A stretch of 64,000 nt of DNA. It comes from a virus. This document shows positions 39,250-49,908 of this stretch, piece by piece. The position numbers and the translations under genes were made by a program. The notes under the pieces were generated by a model. That model did not search any database. It was not told where the DNA came from and saw only the letters and a program-made list of their open reading frames with translations. Within the stretch, counting starts at the first letter, position 1, and each line of letters starts with the position of its first letter. The DNA lies in IMG/VR virus record IMGVR_UViG_3300044981_000021, positions 1-64,000 of that record, one strand, 5' to 3'.

Positions 39250-39528
39250 TCACGCGGCTTCTTCGTCTTCTTTGGCCTTCTTGATTTTTACCTTGACCTT
39301 GATATCTTCGGGAACAAGGTCAATCGTTATTCCGTTGTGCTCGTAGTGCTCTCTCTTGTACTTGGTCATCAGGGCAAGTATTGCCGCCTTCTGCTCTACT
39401 TCCTCGACTAGTAGCGCTTGGCGTTGGTCGCGAGTTTCGGCATATTCTTCGGCTGCCGCCTCTAGTTCCTAAATAGCCGCATCTTCGGTACCAGGTAAAC
39501 GATCTTGCTTAGGCTTTGACTTCGACAT
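39250..39528 (-). pseudogene. hypothetical protein with in-frame TAG at codon 20 (39469-39471)
   Basis: MSKSKPKQDRLPGTEDAAI*ELEAAAEEYAETRDQRQ...EDEEAA; GGAGG RBS; frame continues 72 codons after the stop. Confidence 0.65.
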
Positions 39529-39932
39529 TTTGTGTAACCTCCTGCTCGCAAATTAGTTCTTCGTCTTGGTCTACTGTTGGGTCGATAGACCTGATCCAAT
39601 CCGCAAGTTTTTCCATGGTCCACGGCTCAGCATCGGGAAAACCGTGCAATTGTAATCCCATTGGACCAAGCCTATCTTTACAAACATGTTCATTGAATAG
39701 GTGGGTAATCACGGTTGCAACTTGCCATATGCACCGTCTGTCTAGATTACAACTGCACGGCGAAACCGCTTCCCGTAAAAGCCATGGATATAAATTCTCG
39801 GCAGCTTTTCGTTGTTACGCTCGGCCCTTCTATCATCCCCAGCGCACAGCCAACGCCAACCCCGTAGTGCCGCAAGAATGGTTCCGCTTGCATCAACTTG
39901 CTATTCAGCAACATCTTTTCGTGTGCTCGCAT
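39509..39932 (-). pseudogene. frameshifted paralog of 41507..41896 and 41883..42344
   Basis: MRAHEKMLLNS...GCALG in one frame; LYPWL...ITHLFNEHV...TMEKLADWIRSIDP in the +1 frame. Confidence 0.65.
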
Positions 39933-40075
39933 TACTTTCCTCTCGTCGCAAAATAAATTCCGATTATCCAAAGTACGACATACGCCAATATGTCTAGGTG
40001 TATGCCATAGTCGGATAGCCGCTTGTTCACTTCTTCTCCGTAGTTGCGCCATTGTTCTCTCTCCTTGGAAATTAG

Positions 40076-40104
40076 ATGCTAGGACACAGCTAAAGGATTG
40101 TCAA
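40076..40104 (-). promoter_or_regulatory. sigma70-type promoter TTGACA-17-TAGCAT
   Basis: Consensus match. Confidence 0.55.
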
Positions 40105-40286
40105 GATTTTTTTCTTTACGGAAGTCCTTAGCGTTCGGGCAACTACTCCAGTGAGCAATCAACGTACCTGAGTCGAGCGGAACGAATTTCCCCGTTGGCG
40201 TCCTCCAAAATTCGATCTCGGCTCCGCATCCCGTACGTTTAGTGGACTTCTTGGGCGGTTCGTAGCCCGCTCTTACTAATCCGTCT

Positions 40287-40721
40287 TCAGTGGTCGGAAA
40301 TGGCATATAAACTCCAATACGGCACGATTTTCATGTTCTTTAGGTGATGATCTGAATGGCATTTAGCGTCTAGGCACGCGACATTCTGTAAAACGTCAGA
40401 CCCACCAAGGCTGCGATGTTGTAAATGGTGTAGTTCAAACGTTAGGTAATGAAATGGTTTACCACAACGTTTGCCTTGTTTTACGCTCTCGCACCTGCCA
40501 CCGCTGCGTTGGTAGGCGGCCAGCCTTAAATCCTCCATCCCCCTAGCGTCCAACCTAATCTTGCCGCTTCGCCAAGAAGTCTTAGCCTTCTTTGGTTTTT
40601 TCTTGATCCAACTTCTTTTAAGCGGTTTTTTGGGCTTTTTCACGAAGTTTACTCGCTTGTTTCTCGGCTGTTTTCTTTCGCCTATCCGCAGCCTGTAATT
40701 CTTCCGCGTTGCCAGCTTCAA
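40287..40721 (-). CDS. HNH endonuclease (true start probably downstream)
   Basis: GRCE...ELHHLQHRSLGGSDVLQNVACLDAKCH. Confidence 0.75.
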   Translation of the reverse strand: MKLATRKNYRLRIGERKQPRNKRVNFVKKPKKPLKRSWIKKKPKKAKTSWRSGKIRLDARGMEDLRLAAYQRSGGRCESVKQGKRCGKPFHYLTFELHHLQHRSLGGSDVLQNVACLDAKCHSDHHLKNMKIVPYWSLYAISDH

Positions 40722-41343
40722 AGAAAATCACCAAGGCATAGAGAAACTTAGCTTCCGCCGATATTGATTTATCCGCATCGTGGAACTGCTCCATGTAAAG
40801 CGCCCGAGATTCCAAATCCTTGAACCTTACAACTAGGCTTACGGGGTAGTTCCTCGCAAACAGTACCGTCGCTTCTTTTTGTTCTTCGGGTGGAAGATGT
40901 TTGTTTTTGGCTTCTTGTAAGTCGGTTTTCCACTGTTCTGGACTTGAATCTAGTGCCGACTTTACTAAGTTGATTCGTTCCTTTGGTGGTACGCTAGCTA
41001 GCTCCGCTGCCCGCGTATGGCCGATAGCGTCAATCATGTTTTCAGGGATCGCATATTCGCCTTCGGCTAGACTGCCAATCAAGGCTAAATTGAACAATTT
41101 TGTGTGCGAAATGCTGCCCATGTTCGCCTTAGCGTAAGCTTCCCACGTCCGAAACTCTTTCCCCGTAACAGGATCAGTCAACACCCGCCATAGAGATTTA
41201 TCCTTCATCCGACAAACGCATTTACTAAGCGCAGAGATGTTCTTCTTGAAAGATGAGATTAAGTCTTTGATTTCTGCGTCTAGTATCTTCGCTTCGGCAA
41301 CTAGTAATACTTGCTCGGACGGTAGAACTAACTCAGCCTTCAA
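40618..41343 (-). CDS. hypothetical protein
   Basis: 241-aa ORF. Confidence 0.6.
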   Translation of the reverse strand: MKAELVLPSEQVLLVAEAKILDAEIKDLISSFKKNISALSKCVCRMKDKSLWRVLTDPVTGKEFRTWEAYAKANMGSISHTKLFNLALIGSLAEGEYAIPENMIDAIGHTRAAELASVPPKERINLVKSALDSSPEQWKTDLQEAKNKHLPPEEQKEATVLFARNYPVSLVVRFKDLESRALYMEQFHDADKSISAEAKFLYALVIFFEAGNAEELQAADRRKKTAEKQASKLREKAQKTA

Positions 41344-41506
41344 CCATTAACCCGCCTTGATGAAATGTTTACTACAGATTGTTTTTCAATACCGCTAGGT
41401 TCGCGTTGTACAAACGGCGTGGGGTCGTGATTATCCTTTGACCGATGGAGAAACGCTGCGCGGCCAGAATCCCCACTCCAGCCGCATTTACAGCGCCATA
41501 ACACCG

Positions 41507-41896
41507 TCACTGCTTCACCAAGTTTTCGCAGAAAATCTCTACCGCTTCGCGCGTCTCCTTAGAGGTTTCCTTTGGTTCAATTGTGGACACGAAATCAGCC
41601 AACTCTTCGATTGTCATTTCGCCCTTGCAAACATGCCGATCAAATGGATGCCAAACAATTTCTTGGAAACGTACCGAATGTAAACACTTTGGACATGTGG
41701 CACTAGCAATATTTACATCGTCCATCCATGGGAATTGTCTTTGAAATGCAAACCAAGCATTCGTGTCCCTTTCATCTTCGGCCAAATAGCCATTGGTGGC
41801 GAGGTTTGCCATCGCCATACCGCACGTCCGCAGATCGCCACTTTTGGGCTTGCCAACCAAAAAACTCCCAAGACGGATAGCTTCACTGAGTAACAT
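41507..41896 (-). CDS. hypothetical protein, MxLSEAIxLG family
   Basis: Tandem paralog. Confidence 0.7.
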   Translation of the reverse strand: MLLSEAIRLGSFLVGKPKSGDLRTCGMAMANLATNGYLAEDERDTNAWFAFQRQFPWMDDVNIASATCPKCLHSVRFQEIVWHPFDRHVCKGEMTIEELADFVSTIEPKETSKETREAVEIFCENLVKQ

Positions 41897-42344
41897 GGAT
41901 ATCGACCTCCGTTTCCGTTTTAACTTCGGGTTGAATTTCTGCTTCTTGTGGCTCGTTCTCGCGAATCCAGTCCACGGCTTGTTCGAGAGTCATATTTCCA
42001 AGTTTTATTTGCACGGCCATGATGGAAATAATCCCCTTAGCAAAGTAAGGTGATTGGCAATTTTGCGTTACATATCCAAATGGATGAGTGTCGTCGTAAG
42101 GCGGAAGGTCTTTCAGGAATTTCGGTATCTCAAACTTATCGTTTATCCATGGCCAGATAGCGGTTATTTGACCTATTTCGTCTACGTGCTCATCTAGAAT
42201 GCGCTTGTTGTAGTCAGCTTCATATCTTACGCCAAGAGCGTAACCACCAAGCCCCAGCAAACAGCCGCCATCTTCGCACATCCAATACTTTGGCTCAAAT
42301 CGCAATTGGGTTGAACCCAACATAATCGCTTCTGAAAGTTTCAT
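41883..42344 (-). CDS. hypothetical protein, MxLSEAIxLG family
   Basis: Tandem paralog; GGAG RBS. Confidence 0.7.
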   Translation of the reverse strand: MKLSEAIMLGSTQLRFEPKYWMCEDGGCLLGLGGYALGVRYEADYNKRILDEHVDEIGQITAIWPWINDKFEIPKFLKDLPPYDDTHPFGYVTQNCQSPYFAKGIISIMAVQIKLGNMTLEQAVDWIRENEPQEAEIQPEVKTETEVDIHVTQ

Positions 42345-42355
42345 TTTTCTCTCTC

Positions 42356-44002
42356 CTAAAATGGTGTCTGGTCGTTAACCGCATTTCGTTTCCGCCCATT
42401 ACTAGGCGGGGTGTACTCGATACGCTCTAGTTTAATCGCTCCATCGGCTGTGTCAAGAACTTTAAAAAAGAATTTCTCCGGAGCCATCGCGGCCTTGATT
42501 TCGCAAAGGAACTCTCGTGTCCACGTGTCCTCATCCTCAACCCTGATTCCCAATACGAATTCTGCATATCCAGCGATTGATCCCGCCCCGCGTATGCTTT
42601 CTGTCAGTGTGGCGTCGGCAGTTTTGTTGCTGTGGTGAATCACGCATATAGATGCCCCGGTTTCGTTTTGGATGTGATTTAACACATCAATTACGCCTTT
42701 TTGCATGTCGGTCGGGGAATTCTCGTCTTGTCCATGCAAGACCCGCATAACGTCTAAGATGAGAAATTCGGCTTGATGATGCTTTAAATCTGCAATCAAT
42801 TTGGTTACGTCTTCGGGATAATCGAGCATTATTTTAGGACGTAACCCCTTAGCGTTTACAAATAACCAACCATCTAGATCGGCGGCAGTCAATTGGCGAT
42901 GAGCGCGGAGTTTCTTGAGTCTCCACTGAGTTAATGCGGCATTATCCTCGCGGCTCACTAGCGCGACCTTGGCTCGCTTAGGAACGAAGAAATCTAGCCA
43001 TTTCTGCCCACTCGCGATAGCCAACGCCATGTCTAGTGAAACGATAGACTTTCCAGCCTTAGGACGAGCCACAAAAATTCCATTGGAGCCGCGTTGAATA
43101 ACGCCTTCGATAAGCCAATCAATATATTCCGCCGACCGTTCCTCGAATTGAGTAATAGTCATAAACAGCGTGGCCGTTGGTTCTTCTGGTTTCCATGTCG
43201 GCGTATTCTTGACCAATTGAATCAGTTCTTGAACGGTATGCGCGGCGAGATAGTCCGACACGTCTTTTACGTCAGGACAGGAAACAATCTTCACACCATT
43301 GGCATACCGATAGACGGAGTTAGCTACTTGGAGGGCGTGGGCACGACCGGGATCGTCGTTGTCCTGAAAGATGATGACTTTTTTGCCCGTAAAAAATGGA
43401 GAAAAGCGGTCCTGCCATTTTCCTGCCCCTCGCGGCGAAGTCGTCGCCGTAAACTTCCCGCTTTGATTGCGGAGTATAGTTCGCAAATTATCGGCATCGC
43501 GTTCCCCTTCCGCGCAAGCTACCTCGCTCGCGCATATAATTTCATCCAAGTGATAGGGCACCATCGGAATGTCTTGCGTTTTATATTCCCACGTCCCATC
43601 GTCTTTTTTGTGGCGCTGCGTAAATCGCTTGCCTGGGTATCGAACGACTTGGAAGATTTCTTTGCCATTGGCGTCTACATAGGAATAGATTGCTTCGGGT
43701 TCTTTCCCGGTCGATAGGAACAACTGCGGTTGGCCGACAATCTCGGCTATCTGCTTCAATGCCGCCTGTTTGTCGCATGAGGAAAATTTTTGCTCGAAAT
43801 CTAAAATTCCACCCTTACCACACCCCGCATGACAAAACCATACCCCGGATTGCATGTTGACAGAAAATGCTGGAGTGTTAGTGTTGTCGTGGAATGGACA
43901 TAGCGCCATCCATCCGCGTCCAGACCTGCGCAGCCTTCGATCTTGAAGTCTTGCTTCAAAAAAGCGAGTGAATTCCTGTTCTGATAGCTCGCTTATTCGC
44001 AA
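42356..44002 (-). CDS. primase-helicase (CHC2 zinc finger + TOPRIM + AAA_25/RepA-like helicase)
   Basis: CPFH...WFCHAGC, EGERDA, DNDDPG, ARPKAGKS Walker A, LILD, IHHSNK, RGAG. Confidence 0.9.
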   Translation of the reverse strand: MRISELSEQEFTRFFEARLQDRRLRRSGRGWMALCPFHDNTNTPAFSVNMQSGVWFCHAGCGKGGILDFEQKFSSCDKQAALKQIAEIVGQPQLFLSTGKEPEAIYSYVDANGKEIFQVVRYPGKRFTQRHKKDDGTWEYKTQDIPMVPYHLDEIICASEVACAEGERDADNLRTILRNQSGKFTATTSPRGAGKWQDRFSPFFTGKKVIIFQDNDDPGRAHALQVANSVYRYANGVKIVSCPDVKDVSDYLAAHTVQELIQLVKNTPTWKPEEPTATLFMTITQFEERSAEYIDWLIEGVIQRGSNGIFVARPKAGKSIVSLDMALAIASGQKWLDFFVPKRAKVALVSREDNAALTQWRLKKLRAHRQLTAADLDGWLFVNAKGLRPKIMLDYPEDVTKLIADLKHHQAEFLILDVMRVLHGQDENSPTDMQKGVIDVLNHIQNETGASICVIHHSNKTADATLTESIRGAGSIAGYAEFVLGIRVEDEDTWTREFLCEIKAAMAPEKFFFKVLDTADGAIKLERIEYTPPSNGRKRNAVNDQTPF

Positions 44003-44460
44003 AAAAATTCTCCGTGGTATGCGAGCGCATATTTCCTGTAAGCGTCGGCGGCTTCGCGTTCGTCGCTAAACGATCCGAGGTAGTGACTTTTCCCATCAAC
44101 CCTGATGTTAGCAATCCATTTTTGGGCCTTTTTGTTCCACGCAACACCCTTAAATTTTGAACTGCTAGGATGTTCTCGGTGCAAGTTGAATTGATTTTGC
44201 TGGCGGGTGGCGATTCGTAGATTCTCTCTTCTGCAATTTAACCCATTGTGGTCCTTGTGGTCTACGACTAACTTTTTATCAGCAACCCCCATAATCACGC
44301 GATGCAACATGTGTAATTTTAAACTAGGCCAATCGGGGCGATAGGCGTATTTATGCTTGTTCCTCACAACAAGCAGGGACCATTTCCATTGAGATAAATA
44401 TTGGTAATCTTCGTCGTCTACTATGGCAACCAAACCACGACTGAGGGGAAGTTCTTTCAT
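43993..44460 (-). CDS. HNH-AP2 homing endonuclease
   Basis: VDDED, VDHKDHNGLNCRRENLR, SKFKGV, YHGEF. Confidence 0.9.
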   Translation of the reverse strand: MKELPLSRGLVAIVDDEDYQYLSQWKWSLLVVRNKHKYAYRPDWPSLKLHMLHRVIMGVADKKLVVDHKDHNGLNCRRENLRIATRQQNQFNLHREHPSSSKFKGVAWNKKAQKWIANIRVDGKSHYLGSFSDEREAADAYRKYALAYHGEFFCE

Positions 44461-44486
44461 GGGGAATGAGACAATCTACCACGAGT

Positions 44487-44702
44487 TCACAAAGAAGCAA
44501 CAGAATTATTTTTCACGAACCACATGGCCAACTCCACGCGATTTGAGTGGCCCGTTTTGTCTAGGATGCGGCGAACGTAGTTCTTGATGACATGTCTGGT
44601 TGTACCCAAGATGTTGGCGATGTCTTTGTTGTTCTCGCCTGCCGCTATCAGCCGAAGAACTGCCAATTCTTTGGGCTGAAAATGAATGTCGCCTAGTCGC
44701 AT
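44487..44702 (-). CDS. LuxR-type HTH transcriptional regulator
   Basis: ELAVLRLIAAGENNKDIANILG...IKNYVRRILDKTG..NRVELA. Confidence 0.85.
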   Translation of the reverse strand: MRLGDIHFQPKELAVLRLIAAGENNKDIANILGTTRHVIKNYVRRILDKTGHSNRVELAMWFVKNNSVASL

Positions 44703-45031
44703 GTGTCCTGGATAGCCCGCATGGCCATGGCCGCAATCTTAATCAACTCGCGCTTCATCCGTTCTTTATCGCGGACACCCGGTTTTTGCATAACTTCCTT
44801 CCAATATTCGTCCATTTTTTCAAGGATGACCGCGTAGGCTTCATGTGGACTAGTCATTGGACCGTAACGCTTGACGGCGGTTTCTAGTTCGTTGGCTACG
44901 GCAGACAGGATGTACTCGGTGGATAGCGTAGTGCGGGATTTAATCATTTCATCTCCAGATACATTTAATGTATTTTCGACTTTTTCTGTTTGGCTTCCTT
45001 GGCGGTTGGGATTTGCTTCTTCAACCGCCAC
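44693..45031 (-). CDS. MazG/NTP-PPase-like protein (start uncertain)
   Basis: SPHEAYAVILEKMDE...ELIKIAAMAMRAI. Confidence 0.55.
   Translation of the reverse strand: MAVEEANPNRQGSQTEKVENTLNVSGDEMIKSRTTLSTEYILSAVANELETAVKRYGPMTSPHEAYAVILEKMDEYWKEVMQKPGVRDKERMKRELIKIAAMAMRAIQDTCD
44960..44972. repeat. 13-bp palindrome TACATTTAATGTA
   Basis: Family member. Confidence 0.85.
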
Positions 45032-45165
45032 GTCGCAACTTGAGATTCCACGAGTTCCGTCAAAAACCTATCGGGTTCAATGTCGAGACTCTGGGCTACC
45101 AATTTCGCATCTCTTAATAAGACCGGGTTTATATGCAGGGTTACGGTCGCAATCTTTTCGGACAT
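44965..45165 (-). CDS. putative ribbon-helix-helix DNA-binding protein
   Basis: TVTLHINP-helix-helix pattern. Confidence 0.45.
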   Translation of the reverse strand: MSEKIATVTLHINPVLLRDAKLVAQSLDIEPDRFLTELVESQVATWRLKKQIPTAKEAKQKKSKIH

Positions 45166-45368
45166 GCGGCGATTCTATCAGTGCATCGTGCAAGTTAATA
45201 GCGGAAAATTAATTCCATGCTTTTCTGATAGGTGATTGAAGATCATCCACTCCCGCTTGAAGTTTTCTTCGGGAACCATTAGCACGATTTCCCAACCACA
45301 TTCACACGATATGGTTTCTATTCCCGCAACTCCTGTCGGCGGATTTTTCTCTAAATCGCCAAGAAGTG

Positions 45369-45842
45369 TCACAGTATCCTCCGCTTCTGCACGACTAGCG
45401 GCTTGCCGTACTTGTCTAATGGACCATTAGCATAGCTCGTTATATTTGGCAAGAACTTTCTTGGTCGATCAGGAAAATTCACATTTTGTGAATCCATGTA
45501 GTTCAGCAGCCATTCCCGAAATTCTTCCTTTGTCAATTCGGGTCGTGCCTTGAGCAGATTGTTCAACTGCTTCGCATCTCCCGCATCCCAAACTGGGGCT
45601 TTACCGAAGTTGATGTGTTTGTAAAACTTTACTAGCATTTCTTTGAATTGCTCAAATCGCGACCTAACATCAGTCGGCGGCGGTAGTAGTTCTAGATTCA
45701 CTAGCTTTGGGGTTAGGGCTTCAATCTTCTTGTTGGCTTCTTTTAGGGCTTGTTTGGTTGCTAGTAGCCTTTGCCTTAGTTCGTGAATCTCTTTATCTTT
45801 ACCAACCGTTTCCGAAATCATAAAGTCTTCAAATGTACTCAT
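45369..45842 (-). CDS. hypothetical protein, possibly replication-associated
   Basis: AGGAGG RBS; coiled coil plus helical domain. Confidence 0.55.
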   Translation of the reverse strand: MSTFEDFMISETVGKDKEIHELRQRLLATKQALKEANKKIEALTPKLVNLELLPPPTDVRSRFEQFKEMLVKFYKHINFGKAPVWDAGDAKQLNNLLKARPELTKEEFREWLLNYMDSQNVNFPDRPRKFLPNITSYANGPLDKYGKPLVVQKRRIL

Positions 45843-46642
45843 TGCACCCTCCTAGACTAAATAGATGCTCAGTAATGCCCGATTGGCTCAGATTTGAGGC
45901 ACACGAGAACCATAGCCATGATTCCCGTGATTATGCCGTCTTGGACGAGTCCTCGGCTTTCAACGTGTACAGTTCTGGTGTAATTTCCGTTCTCAGAGAG
46001 AACTAGGCTTAACGACACACACCAACGCTTCTGCAATCTTATTATCGCCTCGGTCATGTTCCCAAGGAAGGTTCGGAAAGCTCTTGTTTTGGCTTCGTAC
46101 AGCATAAGATTGGCCCTTGCGGACTACAGCGCCATAGCTGCCGCCACCCCTCGCGAGATGGCTTAATAGCATCAAATTTTGGTCTTTCTCTTGTATGAAG
46201 ATACCGAAATCTGAATTTTGGGTTAGCAAAATACGGTGGTCGTGGCGGGTGCGGATTTCGGTACGCGAAGCCCGCCAGCGACCAAGGATTTTACTGAATC
46301 CCTAAAAGAACTATAAAACGACAGACCAAGAAATGCAAGCACTAGTCTGGCGGAAATATGGGTTTAATGAACCCTATTACGTGCTTGGCCAATTCACCGC
46401 CAAGCCAAAGCGCAATTCCTAGCGAGAAAACGATAACGACAAAGCGGACTGTCGGGCTATTTTTTAGCACGTTCATTCACAAACTCCAACTACTTGTTTC
46501 GTAACCGCATTGATTTCTTCGTGGAACTTCTTAGGATCGCATTCGCACACCATTCGCCCAAAGTTGTGGGTGCAGGTTTTAAACACCAGCACCCCATAGG
46601 GCACCGTCTTGGGTTTTTGGTGGGCACAGCCAACCATAACTA

Positions 46643-47254
46643 TCAGCGAGAAGATGAGTAAACGCCGCACTTGATAAATTCTTCGTATTCTTTGGCTAGA
46701 CGAGCACAATCTTCGGCTAATCCGGGGTACCGCTTCTGAATCAGTGTATGGTGTTGCGTTACCTCAAAGCAATGTTCGCCCCGTTCTGCGATCACAAACA
46801 CTTCGTACTTGAAAGTATCGCATTCCAGGATGTCGAGATACAGCCGCCACTGATAGCTCGCCATAAACCGATCCGCGTCGAATTGCGAGGTTGTTTTGTA
46901 GTCGGTTACTTCTTTTCCGTTCAGCCCATCCACCCTACCGCGAACCAAGATATTCCCGTATTGTTTTTCAATTGGCAACTCGTGAATCTCCAACTTTTCG
47001 ATATTGGCATCGCAATTGAAGTCAAAACGGTAATCTCCCAATGCCAACGTCCCTAATTCTCCCTCGCTAGCGCGTTCTAGGGCCTCGTGGAACGCATTTC
47101 CCGCCTTCATGGCGTCTGTCTGCTCATCGGTACCCAAAAGTCGCGCCAGGAACACGGAAAGTGGCATATCCTCGTCGGTTTGCCACGTCCTAAAGAAGTC
47201 GAGATTAGAAACACTGATCCGTTCACCCAAAGATGGCTTCTGTAGTTGGGACAT
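46643..47254 (-). CDS. PD-(D/E)XK (Cas4-like) exonuclease
   Basis: GNAFH, GRVDG, DYKTT, QWRLY. Confidence 0.8.
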   Translation of the reverse strand: MSQLQKPSLGERISVSNLDFFRTWQTDEDMPLSVFLARLLGTDEQTDAMKAGNAFHEALERASEGELGTLALGDYRFDFNCDANIEKLEIHELPIEKQYGNILVRGRVDGLNGKEVTDYKTTSQFDADRFMASYQWRLYLDILECDTFKYEVFVIAERGEHCFEVTQHHTLIQKRYPGLAEDCARLAKEYEEFIKCGVYSSSR

Positions 47255-48149
47255 GGGCGGCTATTTTCCCTTCTTTTATCTCGTACAGGTTGCTTGTTTT
47301 GTTGTAGATGAAATCCAAATCCTTGGCTCGCTTGGCAGCTATGGCCTGAATGCTCTTTGGAGCCTTGCGAAGTTCGGCCAATAGACTATTGAAATCGGCT
47401 ACGGTTTTCAGCCCAGCAATTGTTTCTGCCCACTCAGTAAGCAGGCTTTGTGCTTCTTTCTGTTCCGCCGATTGATGGTTTATCCTTTCCTTCATTAAAC
47501 GTATCGTAACCCCTAGTAAATCATGGTCATTTAAGGTGAAAGAAATTGGATCAAAACCACAGGGATTCTTACCAAAGGCGTTCTCGCGGGGAGAGAAATC
47601 AATGATGCGATCTTTGCCCCTGATAAAGATGCGGCCCATAGCATCTACCGACTTGTAAATCTCAGCTTTTGACCCACCTTGAACATCGAGCCGCTCGACA
47701 ATATCATCTCCCGAACGCTGTTCGTCCATGTGGGCAATTAAAACAACGTCTTTACCGAACGTATTCAACATCTTAAGCCATGCGGCGAAGCGAGATTTAA
47801 GTGCCCCGAAACCTTGTAAAGTCAACGCCCCGCCACGACCCAGCTTGGGATTGTCCGCGATAATATCGGCAGTCAGGTAATCCAAGGTTCGTCCTGCGGT
47901 ATCAACGATAATGGTCTTGTAGGGGGCTAGGTCGGCAGCCACGGGATCGGCAATGTCTGACCACGAAGAAACTTTAACCGTATCCTTGCGGTTAGATGCA
48001 CGATGGGAACCGTGATCGGTATCAAGCAACAGCGGGTCATCGGCAGTATAGGCTAGGGTAGTTTTACCTAGTCCCGGCCCCGAATATATGCAGACGTTGA
48101 CATGTTCAATTAACAGCGGTTCGGAAGATTTGGTGATTTTTAGCGTCAT
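47223..48149 (-). CDS. AAA_24 / Sak4-like ATPase (recombinase)
   Basis: YSGPGLGKTT, LLDTDHG, TIIVDT, LIAH; adjacent to the exonuclease. Confidence 0.8.
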   Translation of the reverse strand: MTLKITKSSEPLLIEHVNVCIYSGPGLGKTTLAYTADDPLLLDTDHGSHRASNRKDTVKVSSWSDIADPVAADLAPYKTIIVDTAGRTLDYLTADIIADNPKLGRGGALTLQGFGALKSRFAAWLKMLNTFGKDVVLIAHMDEQRSGDDIVERLDVQGGSKAEIYKSVDAMGRIFIRGKDRIIDFSPRENAFGKNPCGFDPISFTLNDHDLLGVTIRLMKERINHQSAEQKEAQSLLTEWAETIAGLKTVADFNSLLAELRKAPKSIQAIAAKRAKDLDFIYNKTSNLYEIKEGKIAAHVPTTEAIFG

Positions 48150-48151
48150 TT

Positions 48152-48643
48152 TTATTCTCCAGTCTCGATAAAATGGTCGATGCGTTCACATGCGCGTTCA
48201 ACTTGTTTTTGTGGCGATAGACGCTCAAACCCCGAAGCGAACTTACCCCAACCATCAATATAGAAAAGCAGGTTCGTGTCTTCGTAGTCTAGGCCAAGAT
48301 ATTCGGCTGCTATTTCTGGGGTGTCGTCACTAAAATTAAACACGGCTACTTCTCCGTCTTCAACGTCGTCCGAGAATATTGGTTCTATGAGTTTGCCCAT
48401 TATTAGCGCCGACCCGGCCAAACATGCCATGGTATTACATGGCGGCTTTAATTTAAGAAATCGTTTTACGTTAAGATCGTAGTTTAGCGAATCGTCTTGG
48501 TCGATTAAGTCACAATGCGCAGTTAGCGCTTCCAGGTTTTTTACTACCGTTCCCCACCGTGACATATCAAACCTACGCGGCTCTTTGTGGATAAAAGTTT
48601 GTAGTTTGCGAAGTTTCTTGATTGTTTCTTTTGATGGTTTCAT
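48152..48643 (-). CDS. hypothetical protein, paralog of 5219..5626
   Basis: Shared motifs. Confidence 0.7.
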   Translation of the reverse strand: MKPSKETIKKLRKLQTFIHKEPRRFDMSRWGTVVKNLEALTAHCDLIDQDDSLNYDLNVKRFLKLKPPCNTMACLAGSALIMGKLIEPIFSDDVEDGEVAVFNFSDDTPEIAAEYLGLDYEDTNLLFYIDGWGKFASGFERLSPQKQVERACERIDHFIETGE

Positions 48644-49203
48644 GCGACTCTCCTTTGTTTTCTTTCAAGTTGTTCCCACGCATTCAGGTAATTGATATAG
48701 TCGTGGCGCTTGGAATATGCCCCAGGTTTACGCCTATCCCGTAACGCGATGCACGTAGAGTCTTTCGGTTGCTTGTTCTTGGGGATGATTAAGAATCCTA
48801 CAGGGGTAGACCAAATATAGAAATCTACCGCACTAGCCGGGGATCGCCTGATTGTCCAATAGGTATTCTTACCCAAAACCCGGCGAGAACTTGTAAACAA
48901 CCCGCAGCGAAATCCGTTAATCAAAATTCGGCACTTCGATGGACGGAGATTGCCAAGGGCTACAGCTTCTACCTTGTATCCACGTTCTTGTGCCAAGGTA
49001 ACAAACGGATGCGATGGTGGAATTTTTGATTCCTCAACCCGCCGCATCTTGCACCGTTCGCGACCCGTAAGACCAAAATACTTGAAGTCGAGTTGCCTGA
49101 TTCTCTCCCGCGAGCAGCCCATTATCCTAGCTACTTCGGTTGGCTTCACGCCATCATCGAGTAAACTCTTGATTCGTTCGTGGTCAAATTGTTTGTTGCT
49201 CAC
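48640..49203 (-). CDS. HTH DNA-binding protein with possible nuclease-like C-terminus
   Basis: PTEVARIMGCSRERIRQL. Confidence 0.65.
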   Translation of the reverse strand: MSNKQFDHERIKSLLDDGVKPTEVARIMGCSRERIRQLDFKYFGLTGRERCKMRRVEESKIPPSHPFVTLAQERGYKVEAVALGNLRPSKCRILINGFRCGLFTSSRRVLGKNTYWTIRRSPASAVDFYIWSTPVGFLIIPKNKQPKDSTCIALRDRRKPGAYSKRHDYINYLNAWEQLERKQRRVA

Positions 49204-49377
49204 ATGTCCTCCAGTTTTAACATTCCGTAATTATGGCGAATTATTTCTTGCACTCACACCCACCAAACTTCATCACTAAGCGTTTCTAAACGGTTCTTGT
49301 CTAAACCATAGGTTTTCAATCTACGGTCGGCATGATCGCCAAGTATCCCCGTAGACCAAAGGAAAAACAGGCGCTCC

Positions 49378-49692
49378 CTATAGCGTTGTGAGACGTTTGA
49401 GGAATGCTTTGGCAGTACCATTTAGTATCTCTCCTGTACTGAAACGATACACATTGAATCCTAGAATTGTAGCTTCGCGGTACTTTTCTAGGTCTTTCTC
49501 GTAGCCAGCACCCCTAGTATGCCTTCCGCGAGCGTAGATTCCACCTTCAATCTCGACAGCAACCAACGGCAAGATCAAGTAATCAAATCGCCACTTACGG
49601 GTCGGATGAAACTTGAACTCGGGTACAAAGTTATCAAATCCTAGTTCGCGAAGATGAATTTCTAATAATGTGTGCGCGGGCTGTTTACTCAT
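49378..49692 (-). CDS. Vsr/DUF559-like endonuclease
   Basis: EFKFHPTRKWRFDY...AVEIEGG...GRHTRG...DLEKY. Confidence 0.8.
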   Translation of the reverse strand: MSKQPAHTLLEIHLRELGFDNFVPEFKFHPTRKWRFDYLILPLVAVEIEGGIYARGRHTRGAGYEKDLEKYREATILGFNVYRFSTGEILNGTAKAFLKRLTTL

Positions 49693-49908
49693 GCTTCGAG
49701 CATACTAGCATTTCTTTGCTAATAGCCCAACCTACGCCACCGGGGTCATCTTTAACCTTCCACGCCCCTTCTTCGTTTTGGTAATGGTGGGCATTGGGAA
49801 TGCGAGGATAGGCAATCTCCCGCCACTCCGTCACGATCCGTCTAGCCTTTTCCTTGGACCTGCTCGACTTCTTGCATATCCCGCAGATGAACATCGTAAA
49901 AATCCCCC

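Noticed and set aside
39250-39528. Stop-codon reassignment or amber suppression suggested by the in-frame TAG
   Set aside because: No CTA, TTA or TCA anticodon among the 31 tRNAs; core genes such as the capsid end properly in TAG; the other lesions are TAA and frameshifts.
46236-46340. Long GC hairpin after a TTGCAT-17-TATAGT promoter as a riboswitch
   Set aside because: No recognisable aptamer consensus; most simply a 5' UTR stem-loop.
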